Source: Flavobacteriales bacterium
GTDB lineage: Bacteria > Bacteroidota > Bacteroidia > NS11-12g > UBA955
Assembly (NCBI GenBank): GCA_947487055.1
Contig: CANKVN010000003.1
Coordinates: 5,222 to 69,221, forward strand
DNA: 64,000 nucleotides
Direction: 5' to 3'
The translations under genes and the position numbers were made by a program. The stretch's first letter is position 1. Every line of letters starts with the position of its first letter. A model generated the notes under the pieces. The model ran no database searches and was not told the origin of the DNA. It saw only the letters and a program-made list of their open reading frames with translations. This document shows, in pieces, positions 30,226 to 39,128 of the stretch.

Positions 30226-30867
30226 ATGACAAAAATCACCCGCGAAAAGATCCTTAATCGTTGTTTTGAAGCCATCTGTGAAGGAGGATTTATCAACCTG
30301 AGAACCGACAAAGAAATCAAGCGGTTGCGCATTACAAAAGGTGCGTTTTACCATTATTTTCCTGGCAAACTGGATTTGGGCTATGCTGTTGTAGACGAAA
30401 TATTGATGCCCAGTTATACCGGGCAGTGGTCTTCATTGGAACAGAAAACCCAGGGTGTAGCCAAAGCGCTCAATGACATCATAGAAGAGATAAAAGTAAG
30501 CAGCACGGACATATCCGTAAAACGCGGCGATGTTTTGTGCAACCTTATGGTGGAGATGAGCAATGAAGATGAGCCGTTTCGCGTGAAGCTGGAAGAAGTG
30601 CTAGAAGCGCAGGTAAAGATTATACAACGTGCCATTCTAACGGGCAAAGCTGCCGGTGAAATGAAACCACAGATTGATGCGCGCAGCATGGCATACAGCC
30701 TTGTGGGTCAGTTGCATGGTTGCTACGCGGTAGCCAAAACCCGCAACAGCCGGGATGTATTTACCCTGATGGTGAATGCGCTGCAGCGACAACTTAAGGA
30801 AGTCTTGTTTGTAAGTGCAGGTTCCGAAACTTCAAGCAGCGTTGGATTCCAGCGCATGACGGGCTAA
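30226..30867 (+). CDS. TetR/AcrR family transcriptional regulator
   Basis: MTKITREKILNRCFEAICEGGFINLRTDKEIKRLRITKGAFYHYF is a TetR-type N-terminal HTH. The ATG at 30226 is preferred over the track start at 30154. Confidence 0.8.
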   Translation: MTKITREKILNRCFEAICEGGFINLRTDKEIKRLRITKGAFYHYFPGKLDLGYAVVDEILMPSYTGQWSSLEQKTQGVAKALNDIIEEIKVSSTDISVKRGDVLCNLMVEMSNEDEPFRVKLEEVLEAQVKIIQRAILTGKAAGEMKPQIDARSMAYSLVGQLHGCYAVAKTRNSRDVFTLMVNALQRQLKEVLFVSAGSETSSSVGFQRMTG

Positions 30868-31044
30868 TTCGGGCGTAAAACGCGCGAATAAAAATAACCC
30901 AACCCTTGAATCAGGAAAAAGTACATTTATATAAAAATCTCAAAGTGAAACAACGAGATGATAAACCAGCTGAAAAGCCAATAACCTTATCAGCTGTTAA
31001 ATTCAGCTTTTGTTAAATATAGAAAAGGGTGCTGAAACCGGAAA

Positions 31045-31200
31045 TTATACCCAATCCATGGCCATCACCAAGCCACCAAAGAAGGTGGGCAATCCCAACC
31101 AGAAACCTTCGGGACGAAAAATGGTGAGCAGAATCAAGGCCACCGCAGAAATAGCGGTAATGGTCCAATACAAGCCGGTTTTGCGCTTAGCGTCTGTCAT
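31045..31200 (-). CDS. possible 51-aa two-helix membrane micro-protein
   Basis: Hand translation gives MTDAKRKTGLYWTITAISAVALILLTIFRPEGFWLGLPTFFGGLVMAMDWV. It has a positive N-terminus followed by two hydrophobic segments. It is below the 60-aa cutoff of the ORF track. Confidence 0.35.
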   Translation of the reverse strand: MTDAKRKTGLYWTITAISAVALILLTIFRPEGFWLGLPTFFGGLVMAMDWV

Positions 31201-31265
31201 GATGAGGCAAAATTACACATTCAATGTCAGAGTCACAAATACATAATTCAGCATTGGCTTCTTTC

Positions 31266-31370
31266 ATGGTTGCACCCTGCAGTTTGTGCCTGGGCGGTAA
31301 AAAGAAAAAATGCTGTAAGAAATATAAGACCGGCAAGCGCTGCAAAGACTGCCCAAAGAAAAAGGCATAG
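31266..31370 (+). CDS. possible 34-aa Cys/Lys-rich micro-protein
   Basis: Hand translation gives MVAPCSLCLGGKKKKCCKKYKTGKRCKDCPKKKA, with 6 Cys and 12 Lys in 34 residues. It lies about 100 nt upstream of the VIT transporter gene. Confidence 0.3.
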   Translation: MVAPCSLCLGGKKKKCCKKYKTGKRCKDCPKKKA

Positions 31371-31472
31371 GGTATATTTAACCTCGGCTACCCCCATAAT
31401 GCTGATCATGTTTGTTTAATGCGTCACACAAAAATGTGCTGAATTGTCTACCTTTGGTTAGCAGGCAGCATC

Positions 31473-32192
31473 ATGGAACAAGAAAAAGCAACCCTTACCA
31501 TAGACAATTACATGGATCCGCACTTCATGCACCGAAGCAACTGGTTGCGTGCCTCTGTGCTGGGCGCCAATGATGGCATTATTTCCATTTCCAGTTTGTG
31601 CATAGGCATTGCTGCAGCCAGCAGCACACGGGAACCCATTGCCCTTGCCGCTACTGCAGGTTTGGTAGCAGGCGCCTTGTCTATGGCCGCCGGTGAATAT
31701 GTTTCGGTGAGTTCGCAAACAGATACCGAAAAGGCAGATATTGAACGTGAAGCTGAGGAATTGCGTGCAAACCCCGACGAGGAGCAAAAAATTCTGGCTG
31801 AAATATATGTTCGAAGGGGTTTAACCCCCGAAACAGCGAATCAGGTAGCCAAAGAGCTAACGGCATCAGATGCACTGGCAGCGCATATCAGGGACGAATT
31901 GGGAATCAATGAAATCACCCAGGCTAAACCCATTCAAGCTGCAATGGCATCGGGAGCCTCTTTTATGGTTGGCGGCATTATGCCCTTGATGGTAACCTTG
32001 CTTGCCCCGGTAAAATCCATGGAGTATTGGTTATACGGCCTCACCATTGTGTTTTTGGTTATTCTGGGCATTATCGCAGCAAAAGCAGGCGGTTCAGTCA
32101 TTATTAAAGCCATTCTGCGCATCACCATATGGGGAAGCATTGCCATGGGTTTATCTGCTTTGGTGGGCTACTTGTTTGGTGTCAATGTTTAA
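31473..32192 (+). CDS. VIT1/CCC1 family iron/manganese transporter
   Basis: SNWLRASVLGANDGIISISSLCIGIAAAS and SMAAGEYVSVSSQ are VIT-family signatures, with three C-terminal TM helices. Confidence 0.85.
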   Translation: MEQEKATLTIDNYMDPHFMHRSNWLRASVLGANDGIISISSLCIGIAAASSTREPIALAATAGLVAGALSMAAGEYVSVSSQTDTEKADIEREAEELRANPDEEQKILAEIYVRRGLTPETANQVAKELTASDALAAHIRDELGINEITQAKPIQAAMASGASFMVGGIMPLMVTLLAPVKSMEYWLYGLTIVFLVILGIIAAKAGGSVIIKAILRITIWGSIAMGLSALVGYLFGVNV

Positions 32193-32276
32193 ATCATTAG
32201 CAGCAAATAAATTAATTTTGGACCAAAAGAAATCCAACAGAAAAGCAATTATTGGGTGTAAATAGGGATAACAATC

Positions 32277-32972
32277 ATGAAAAAAAGCTATTTAAACCAG
32301 CAAAAAATAACGGAAGATGAAGCAATTCTGGGAAAAGAAATTCGGGAAGGTGTTTTCACCTTAATCAAACAGGACCATCCCGGGTTTTCCGAAGAGGATT
32401 ATATTTCCATTGGTGAATTAAATAAATACAGGCGTTTATACCTTACCCTGCTGATATCGCAGGAAAGGGGCGATTTGGCAGCTGTTGACAGGGACGTCAT
32501 GGAAGCCATAAAAAACAATGCAATATTGTCGGAAATTATCCAGGATGAAATAGAAATAGAACTAACCCTTGGGCAGAAAATAGCCGACAAAGTAGCCTTA
32601 TTTGGCGGCAGCTGGACGTTCATTATATTCTTTTTTTCCTTCATGTTAATATGGATAGCGATCAACAGCTGGTTTATGATTCAAAAACCCTTTGATCCTT
32701 TTCCATTCATCCTGCTCAACCTCATCCTTTCATGCATTGCTGCTGTTCAGGCCCCCATAATCATGATGAGCCAAAACCGCCAGGAGCAAAAGGACAGGCA
32801 GCGGTCAGAACACGATTATAAAATAAACCTGAAGGCAGAACTTGAAATAAAATTGTTGAGCGAGAAAATAGACCACCTGCTGGTACATCAAAACAGGATA
32901 TTGTTGGAAATACAAGAAATACAAACCGATTACCTGGATGATTTGATGCGGGAAATAAGGAAAAACAAATAA
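32277..32972 (+). CDS. DUF1003 domain-containing membrane protein
   Basis: FGGSWTFIIFFFSFMLIWIAINS...PFDPFPFILLNLILSCIAAVQAPIIMMSQNRQ is the DUF1003 core. Confidence 0.75.
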   Translation: MKKSYLNQQKITEDEAILGKEIREGVFTLIKQDHPGFSEEDYISIGELNKYRRLYLTLLISQERGDLAAVDRDVMEAIKNNAILSEIIQDEIEIELTLGQKIADKVALFGGSWTFIIFFFSFMLIWIAINSWFMIQKPFDPFPFILLNLILSCIAAVQAPIIMMSQNRQEQKDRQRSEHDYKINLKAELEIKLLSEKIDHLLVHQNRILLEIQEIQTDYLDDLMREIRKNK

Positions 32973-33166
32973 ACGCAATAGGCCTGAAACCCAATAAGAA
33001 TATATTCATTGGGGGGATTAGATGATAAAAAGGACGGGTTGGTTTCTAGTTACACAAACGGTTAGCTATCAAGCTCAAAAAGTAATAGGTACAGAAAATA
33101 ACAGAGACCTTCAACAGAAGATATCGGTGTAATTTGCACTAACTTCGTTTAACAGTTTTTAAGCAG

Positions 33167-33634
33167 ATGAAATTATCACAAATAAAAATGCATTTAGGGG
33201 AAGTAAATGAAATCAATTTTATTTTACCCAATGGCGACGTTGTTCCAACGCATTTCCATATTACGGAAGTTGGGGTAATTACCAAGGATTTTATAGATTG
33301 TGGAGGAAAGCAAAGGCATGAAAAAGTGGCTAACTTCCAGTTGTGGAGTGCTAATGACTTAGACCACCATTTAAAACCACAAAAATTGAGGGACATTATT
33401 GACTTGTCTGAAAGGGTTCTGGGAATGGAAGATTTAGAAATTGAAGTAGAATATCAGTCAGAAACCATTGGCAAATATGCCTTGGATTTTAATGGCCGTG
33501 TTTTTTTACTAATGGCCAAACAAACAGCATGTCTTGCAGAGGACGCTTGTGGAATTTCGCCTGAAAAACAGAAGGTTGAGTTATCTGAAATTATGGCCTC
33601 TAACACCTGCAAACCAGGTGGTGGTTGCTGTTAA
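33167..33634 (+). CDS. DUF6428 family protein with a Cys-rich tail
   Basis: ILPNGDVVPTHFHITEVG resembles DUF6428, a family usually seen in ars loci. The C-terminus reads CKPGGGCC. Confidence 0.55.
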   Translation: MKLSQIKMHLGEVNEINFILPNGDVVPTHFHITEVGVITKDFIDCGGKQRHEKVANFQLWSANDLDHHLKPQKLRDIIDLSERVLGMEDLEIEVEYQSETIGKYALDFNGRVFLLMAKQTACLAEDACGISPEKQKVELSEIMASNTCKPGGGCC

Positions 33635-33706
33635 CGGGAATAAAACATCCATGTTTTTTTATTGAACAAAAGGCAGGTTAAACCATTTTATAATTGCATC
33701 ATCAAA

Positions 33707-34567
33707 ATGAACATGAAACCCATTTTATACACTTCCCTGCTGCTATCGGTATTGGTTTTTAGTACCTGTAAAAAGAAGCACACGGAATCAAATACCAAGG
33801 ATAGCGCCTACAGACGGGAATTGAACATTACGCACAATGGGATTGGTGTAACTGTGGTGGTTGATAAGCCCTTGAACTTCAGCGGAGATGTCCTGATGAT
33901 ATACCATGGTACTGTGGCATACGATAGCCTCATTCTGAAAGCTGCCCGCAATACGCTGGATAGTTTTAAAAAAATACTGACGAGGCAGGATATGATGCTT
34001 GTAAGCGTGGCATATCCGGAAGAAAACCTTTTGCTCGGCGATAACATTGCACATGCCGAGGCGGCCTTGCTCTGGGTTAAAAATACTGCAGCAGCAGAGC
34101 TTGGCATTAACATCCGCAAGATATTTCTTGCAGGGCATTCTCAAGGTGGATATTTGGTTACCAGGCTAAACACAATGCATGAAACCAATGGTGTTATAGC
34201 CAATGCACCTGGACCCTTGAATCTGGTGTTTCGTTGTCAATTGGAGGAAGATGGTAAAATATCTCAGGGTATAGCGTGTACGGCTCTTAAAAATAAATAT
34301 GGCACCACCAGGGACAATGCAGAAGCGTATCAAGCCAGGTCACTGCTGCGTTTTACAGATGGGTATAAATCGGATATTTTATTTGTACAAGGATTGGAAG
34401 ACAGCCCTATCCAAATGAATTCCTGGCCCACCTTTAAACAAAAAGCAACAGATTGCAGCACCTGCAAACAAAGGCTTTTTCATGAAGTGCCAAACGCAGG
34501 CCACGGCTCATTGTTTCAGAACAGCGACGCACAGGTGGTATTCAACAGGTTTATCGCCGACCGGTGA
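33707..34567 (+). CDS. alpha/beta hydrolase lipoprotein
   Basis: The start MNMKPILYTSLLLSVLVFSTC gives a lipobox. It has a GHSQGG nucleophile elbow and a C-terminal His (NAGHGSLF). Confidence 0.7.
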   Translation: MNMKPILYTSLLLSVLVFSTCKKKHTESNTKDSAYRRELNITHNGIGVTVVVDKPLNFSGDVLMIYHGTVAYDSLILKAARNTLDSFKKILTRQDMMLVSVAYPEENLLLGDNIAHAEAALLWVKNTAAAELGINIRKIFLAGHSQGGYLVTRLNTMHETNGVIANAPGPLNLVFRCQLEEDGKISQGIACTALKNKYGTTRDNAEAYQARSLLRFTDGYKSDILFVQGLEDSPIQMNSWPTFKQKATDCSTCKQRLFHEVPNAGHGSLFQNSDAQVVFNRFIADR

Positions 34568-34607
34568 TTGATAATATCCTGCTGTTTCCGCCCGGAACAC
34601 CAGTAAA

Positions 34608-36122
34608 TTAAGGCGTTAGCCTGCCGTACATCCGCGGGAATGGAATGCTTTCGCGAACGTGTTTAAGGCCGCAAATCCAGGTAACCATGCGCTCCAGGCC
34701 CAGCCCAAAGCCACTGTGTGGCACCGAACCAAAACGGCGTAAATCCAAGTACCATTCGAAGGCGCTCATGGGCAATTCGTGCTCTATTATTTTTGCTTTC
34801 AGCAGTTCTTCGTTGGTTTCGCGCTCGCCACCACCCACAATTTCGCCATAACCTTCCGGAGCCAGAACATCCACACCCCTTGCAAATGCAGGGTTTTCGG
34901 GGTTTCGTTTCAGGTAGAAGGCTTTTACGGCATGCGGCCAGTCATAAACCATAATGGGAGAATCAAACAGGCGGGTAATCACTGTTTCGTCGCTGCCGCC
35001 GAAGTCGTTTCCATATTCAAATTCTTTCGCACTTTTAATCCATTGGGGAATGTTGCGCGCATCTTCTTCCAAATCGGCTTTTTCCTGTTTCAGGCTGTCA
35101 ATTTTATTTTGGAAGAAGTTAATTTCACCTTTTTTGAGGCTGCCACCTGCAATTTTGGCTTCACGGTCTGCAATTTCTGCATCCACTTCCAGCAGGCGCG
35201 ATGATACCTTCTTCAGTTCTTCTTCCAAACTGCCAATACCGTTTTTTCCGTTCACATCCTGTTCGCCCTTGATGATGCGCACCGCCTCGTCATAGGTTAG
35301 GCGTGGAAAAGGTTTCATGCTGCTTTCCAGAATAGCCAAGTCCCTGCCAATGGTTTTCAGTTCCTGCTGGCAATTGGCCTTTACATCGGTGATGATGGCA
35401 TGGATCATGCCCTCAATGCAATCCATGTTTTGGAAAATATCGTAAAAAGCCATTTCAGGCTCAATCATCCAGAATTCGCTCAGGTGACGGCGTGTTTTGC
35501 TTTTTTCGGCCCTAAAGGTTGGTCCAAACGTATAAATACGCCCCATAGCCATGGCCATGGCTTCGCCATAAAGCTGTCCGCTTTGGCTTAAATATGCGGT
35601 TTCGCCATAAAAATCGGTTTCAAACAAGGTGCTGGTTCCCTCGCAGGCATTGCCTGTAAAGATGGGAGCGTCCATTTGCACAAATCCCTGATCCTGAAAA
35701 TAGCGGTGTATGCTGAAGATGATGCGGTTTCGGATGCGCATGATGGCCCACTGCCGCGTGCTGCGCAGCCACAAATGACGCTGATCCATCAGAAACTCTA
35801 CACCATGCTCTTTTTTGGCAATGGGGTAATTTTCGCTTTTTCCGATGGGCTCAACGGCAGTAACCTGCAGTTCATAACCACCCATTTGTTTCTCGTCTGT
35901 TACCACGGTTCCTGTGAGGGAAACGCTGCATTCCAAACTTAAATCCTGCCCGTTGGCAAGGCCTTCAGCCCCTGCTGTATCTTCTGTTACAACACACTGG
36001 CAATAGCCCGTGCCATCACGCAAAATGACAAATACAATGCCCTTTCCTTCGCGCTTATTGGCTACCCAGCCCTTCAGCGTAACCGTTTTACCAACGGCAC
36101 TGTGTAATTCCTCTATATACAT
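34608..36122 (-). CDS. asnS: asparagine--tRNA ligase (Thermus/archaeal-type) with an internal coiled-coil insertion
   Basis: Class II motifs FRAEKSKTRRHLSEFWMIEPE and GFGLGLERMVTWICGLKHVRESIPFPR are present. The N-terminal OB fold is TLKGWVANKREGKGIVFVILRDGTG. The start at MYIEEL (36122) is preferred over 36170. Confidence 0.9.
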   Translation of the reverse strand: MYIEELHSAVGKTVTLKGWVANKREGKGIVFVILRDGTGYCQCVVTEDTAGAEGLANGQDLSLECSVSLTGTVVTDEKQMGGYELQVTAVEPIGKSENYPIAKKEHGVEFLMDQRHLWLRSTRQWAIMRIRNRIIFSIHRYFQDQGFVQMDAPIFTGNACEGTSTLFETDFYGETAYLSQSGQLYGEAMAMAMGRIYTFGPTFRAEKSKTRRHLSEFWMIEPEMAFYDIFQNMDCIEGMIHAIITDVKANCQQELKTIGRDLAILESSMKPFPRLTYDEAVRIIKGEQDVNGKNGIGSLEEELKKVSSRLLEVDAEIADREAKIAGGSLKKGEINFFQNKIDSLKQEKADLEEDARNIPQWIKSAKEFEYGNDFGGSDETVITRLFDSPIMVYDWPHAVKAFYLKRNPENPAFARGVDVLAPEGYGEIVGGGERETNEELLKAKIIEHELPMSAFEWYLDLRRFGSVPHSGFGLGLERMVTWICGLKHVRESIPFPRMYGRLTP

Positions 36123-36189
36123 ACGATGCAAAAACGTTAATTTTGTACGGTATTTGCAAAGGTAGCGCAAAGCACACGAAGCAGAAAAA

Positions 36190-37647
36190 ATGAGTTCATT
36201 AAAGCAGAGTTTAAGTCAAAAAATGCTGCAGAAGCTGAGTCCGCAGCAAATCCAGTTTATCAAACTGCTGCAACTCAACACCCAGGATTTTGAGGAAAAA
36301 GTGGAACAAGAGCTGCTGGATAACCCCGCATTGGAAGACAATGGCGCCGAAACCACCGAGGAAGATCGCTATGATACTGAGGATGAATTCGGAGATGACT
36401 ACCTCAGCAACGACGTGGATGTGGATGAACTTCTCCGCGCCAATGGAAGCGATGATGATGGTGGTTTTCGCCTGAATGAGGATTACAGCGGCGACGAGCA
36501 AAAGGAAATGCCCCTTGCCAGCCTGGGAAGTTTTCAGGAATACCTGGTGGAGCAGGCGCGGGCCACTTTTTATGACGAAAAAGATTTAGAGCTTGCCGTT
36601 CACCTGAACAATTCCATAGAGGAAGACGGATACCTGCGCCGGGAACTGAGAAGCATTGTAAATGACCTGGCGTTTAATGAGAATATCATTACCACCGAGG
36701 ATCACCTGGAAAAACTGCTCATTAAAATTCAAAACTTTGATCCGGCGGGCATTGCTGCGCGAAACCTGCAAGAGTGCCTTCTGCTACAGTTATACAAAAA
36801 AGATTATGGCGACAGCCCGGCCATAACCCTTGCTGAAACCATTATTCTGGAGCAGATGGAAGCGTTTAGCAAAAAGCACTATGACAAGATAAAGCGCTCC
36901 CTTAAAATCGATGATGATCAGCTTAAGCTTGCCATTGCCGAAATAGTAAAGCTAAACCCAAAACCGGGCGAAACCGGTGCCAGCTCCAATAAAACCCAGT
37001 ACATTGTACCGGACTTTATAGTTACTTCATCCGATGGTATAATAGAGGTAAGGCTAAACTCACGCAACACACCCGAATTGCGTATTTCTCCGGCCTATGC
37101 GGAAACCCTGAGGGCCTATGAGCATTCAGGAAAGAACGACAGAAACCTGCGCGACGCTGTTCAATACATCAAGCAAAAACTGGATGGTGCAAAGTGGTTT
37201 ATAGACAGTGTAAAACAACGCCAAAACACGCTGCTAAGCACCATGCAAGCCATTGTGCAACGCCAGCACGGGTTTTTTCAGGAGGGTGATGACACAAATT
37301 TAAAACCCATGATCCTAAAGGATATTGCCAATCAGGTAAATCTGGATATAAGCACCATCAGCAGGGTGGCCAACAGCAAATATGTTGAAACCGATTTTGG
37401 TATTTTCCCCCTGAAATATTTTTTCAGCGAAGGCATTGTAACCGACGAAGGCGAAGAGGTAAGCAACAGGGAAATCAAGAAAATCCTCTCTGATGCCATC
37501 GGTGATGAAAACAAGAAAAAACCGCTTACCGACGAGGCATTGATGGAGCTGCTAAAGGAAAAAGGATATTCCATTGCACGCAGAACCGTGGCCAAATACC
37601 GCGAACAGCTCAATATCCCTGTAGCCCGCTTGCGCAAAGAGCTGTAA
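36190..37647 (+). CDS. rpoN: RNA polymerase sigma-54 factor
   Basis: The Gln/Leu-rich region I is LKQSLSQKMLQKLSPQQIQFIKLLQL. It is followed by an acidic region II. The C-terminal RpoN box is ARRTVAKYREQLNIP. Confidence 0.95.
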   Translation: MSSLKQSLSQKMLQKLSPQQIQFIKLLQLNTQDFEEKVEQELLDNPALEDNGAETTEEDRYDTEDEFGDDYLSNDVDVDELLRANGSDDDGGFRLNEDYSGDEQKEMPLASLGSFQEYLVEQARATFYDEKDLELAVHLNNSIEEDGYLRRELRSIVNDLAFNENIITTEDHLEKLLIKIQNFDPAGIAARNLQECLLLQLYKKDYGDSPAITLAETIILEQMEAFSKKHYDKIKRSLKIDDDQLKLAIAEIVKLNPKPGETGASSNKTQYIVPDFIVTSSDGIIEVRLNSRNTPELRISPAYAETLRAYEHSGKNDRNLRDAVQYIKQKLDGAKWFIDSVKQRQNTLLSTMQAIVQRQHGFFQEGDDTNLKPMILKDIANQVNLDISTISRVANSKYVETDFGIFPLKYFFSEGIVTDEGEEVSNREIKKILSDAIGDENKKKPLTDEALMELLKEKGYSIARRTVAKYREQLNIPVARLRKEL

Positions 37648-37710
37648 GCCAATGGCATTATATTACTGTTAATTCTGCTGTAATGCATTCCAGGAGTATC
37701 AGGGTCTGGA

Positions 37711-37718
37711 TACCTTTG
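37711..37718 (+). promoter_or_regulatory. Bacteroidota -7 promoter box (TAnnTTTG)
   Basis: Exact TACCTTTG, 4 nt upstream of the GTG at 37723. Confidence 0.4.
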
Positions 37719-37722
37719 ACCT

Positions 37723-38370
37723 GTGATTTCGGAAGCTTTAAAACAATTAATAACGCCCGGAGATGCAATATTCTTTCAGCTGTTCAACAACGGTGTGAAT
37801 ATGTTGAACCGGCAAACCGATTTGCTCAACACCATGTTGTCCGCCAAAGACGAGGAAGCCAAAAAAGCGTTATTTGATGAGCTTAAAACCTTGCATGCGC
37901 AACAACTGGAGAACTACCGCAACACGGTTCAGAAACTCTCAAAAGTTTTTATCACGCCCATTGACAGGGAATCTGTGCACCAAATCTCCATAGACATCCA
38001 CAACGCTGGCCGCAGTATTTATACAATTGCAAGAACGCTTTCCTGGCTGGATAAACACCCGGCAGATAGTCACATTTTGCTCATGGGCAACTTGTTGCTC
38101 AAATCCGCGGAAGAGATGCGCAGTATGGTTGAAGATATTGGCAATGCGCACCGGCTAATGGTGATGAAACACGCCCAGCAAATACACCGCCTCAGGCGGG
38201 AAATGGATGCCGCCTATGAACATGCGCTGCAGCATTTATTTGAAAGAGAGACTGCCCCGGACGCCTTTTTAAGGCGTTTTGAAAGTTACAACGCCATTCG
38301 GGATGCTTGTGAATATTGCCAGCAAGTTGCGTATACAGCAGAAAACATTGTGTTAACAAACGTTGGATAA
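37723..38370 (+). CDS. DUF47 (PhoU-like, TIGR00153) family protein, divergent copy
   Basis: Same 215-aa length and helical layout as the next gene. It shares FITPIDRESVHQIS with FITPFDREDIHYLA, and DAIFFQLF with RVFYSLF. GTG start. Confidence 0.65.
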   Translation: MISEALKQLITPGDAIFFQLFNNGVNMLNRQTDLLNTMLSAKDEEAKKALFDELKTLHAQQLENYRNTVQKLSKVFITPIDRESVHQISIDIHNAGRSIYTIARTLSWLDKHPADSHILLMGNLLLKSAEEMRSMVEDIGNAHRLMVMKHAQQIHRLRREMDAAYEHALQHLFERETAPDAFLRRFESYNAIRDACEYCQQVAYTAENIVLTNVG

Positions 38371-38435
38371 AACAGGCCAATGTTATCTTATTGTTAATTA
38401 TGTTTTAAGACACGTGTAATAAAACACAACCGAAA

Positions 38436-38443
38436 TAATTTTG
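38436..38443 (+). promoter_or_regulatory. Bacteroidota -7 promoter box (TAnnTTTG)
   Basis: Exact TAATTTTG, 19 nt upstream of the ATG at 38463. Confidence 0.4.
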
Positions 38444-38462
38444 TATCATCAATAAACTGACC

Positions 38463-39110
38463 ATGGTATTCAACAACATTATGAAAATTTTCCAGCCCAA
38501 AGACCGTGTTTTCTACAGTCTTTTTGAGCAGGTAGCAGAAAAGGTAACCCTGATGGGCAAGCTTTTGGAGGAATTCGTATATGAAACAGATGAGGACAAG
38601 CGTTTGGCCCTATCCAAAGAAATCGAGGACCTTGAGCACCAAAACGATGAACTAACCCACCAGGTTTTTACCGAGTTGGGCCGCAATTTTATTACCCCAT
38701 TTGACCGTGAAGACATCCATTACCTAGCCACTGCTTTGGATGATGTAGCTGATTATATCTATGCAAGCTGTAAGAAAATACAGTTTCATGGCGTCAATCC
38801 CAATGACCAAGGCATCCAGAAAATGGCCGAGGTGATAAACCAAAGCGCTACAGAAGTTGGCAAAGCGGTAATGCAGTTGCGTGAATTGAAGCGCCCTGAA
38901 AAAATAACGGAAAGCTTGGTAAGGGTTAATAGCCTGGAAAACCATGCCGATGATATTTTTGACATGAGCATCAAAAAGTTGTTTGAAACCGAAAATGATT
39001 TCAAAGAACTGATACGCCGCAGGGAAGTATATACGGTGATGGAAGTAGCTACCGACAAATGCGAAGATGTGGCCAATGTGATTGAAACCATCATCGTTAA
39101 ATACGCCTAA
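38463..39110 (+). CDS. DUF47 family protein (putative phosphate-transport regulator paired with PiT)
   Basis: IFQPKDRVFYSLFEQVAEKV, FITPFDREDIHYLATALDDVAD and LENHADDIF are typical DUF47/YkaA motifs. It lies immediately upstream of the PiT gene. Confidence 0.8.
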   Translation: MVFNNIMKIFQPKDRVFYSLFEQVAEKVTLMGKLLEEFVYETDEDKRLALSKEIEDLEHQNDELTHQVFTELGRNFITPFDREDIHYLATALDDVADYIYASCKKIQFHGVNPNDQGIQKMAEVINQSATEVGKAVMQLRELKRPEKITESLVRVNSLENHADDIFDMSIKKLFETENDFKELIRRREVYTVMEVATDKCEDVANVIETIIVKYA

Positions 39111-39128
39111 TCCCACCCCACAACTTTC

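Noticed and set aside
31010-31246. 78-aa plus-strand ORF from the track
   Set aside because: It has no plausible start context or motifs. The opposite strand encodes a more protein-like 51-aa two-helix peptide, itself only low confidence.
37648-37722. Possible sigma-54 promoter (TGGCAT...TACTG) just downstream of rpoN
   Set aside because: The -24-like TGGCAT is present, but the -12 element is TACTG rather than TTGC(A/T). I found no convincing TGGCAC-N5-TTGC site anywhere in the intergenic regions by eye.
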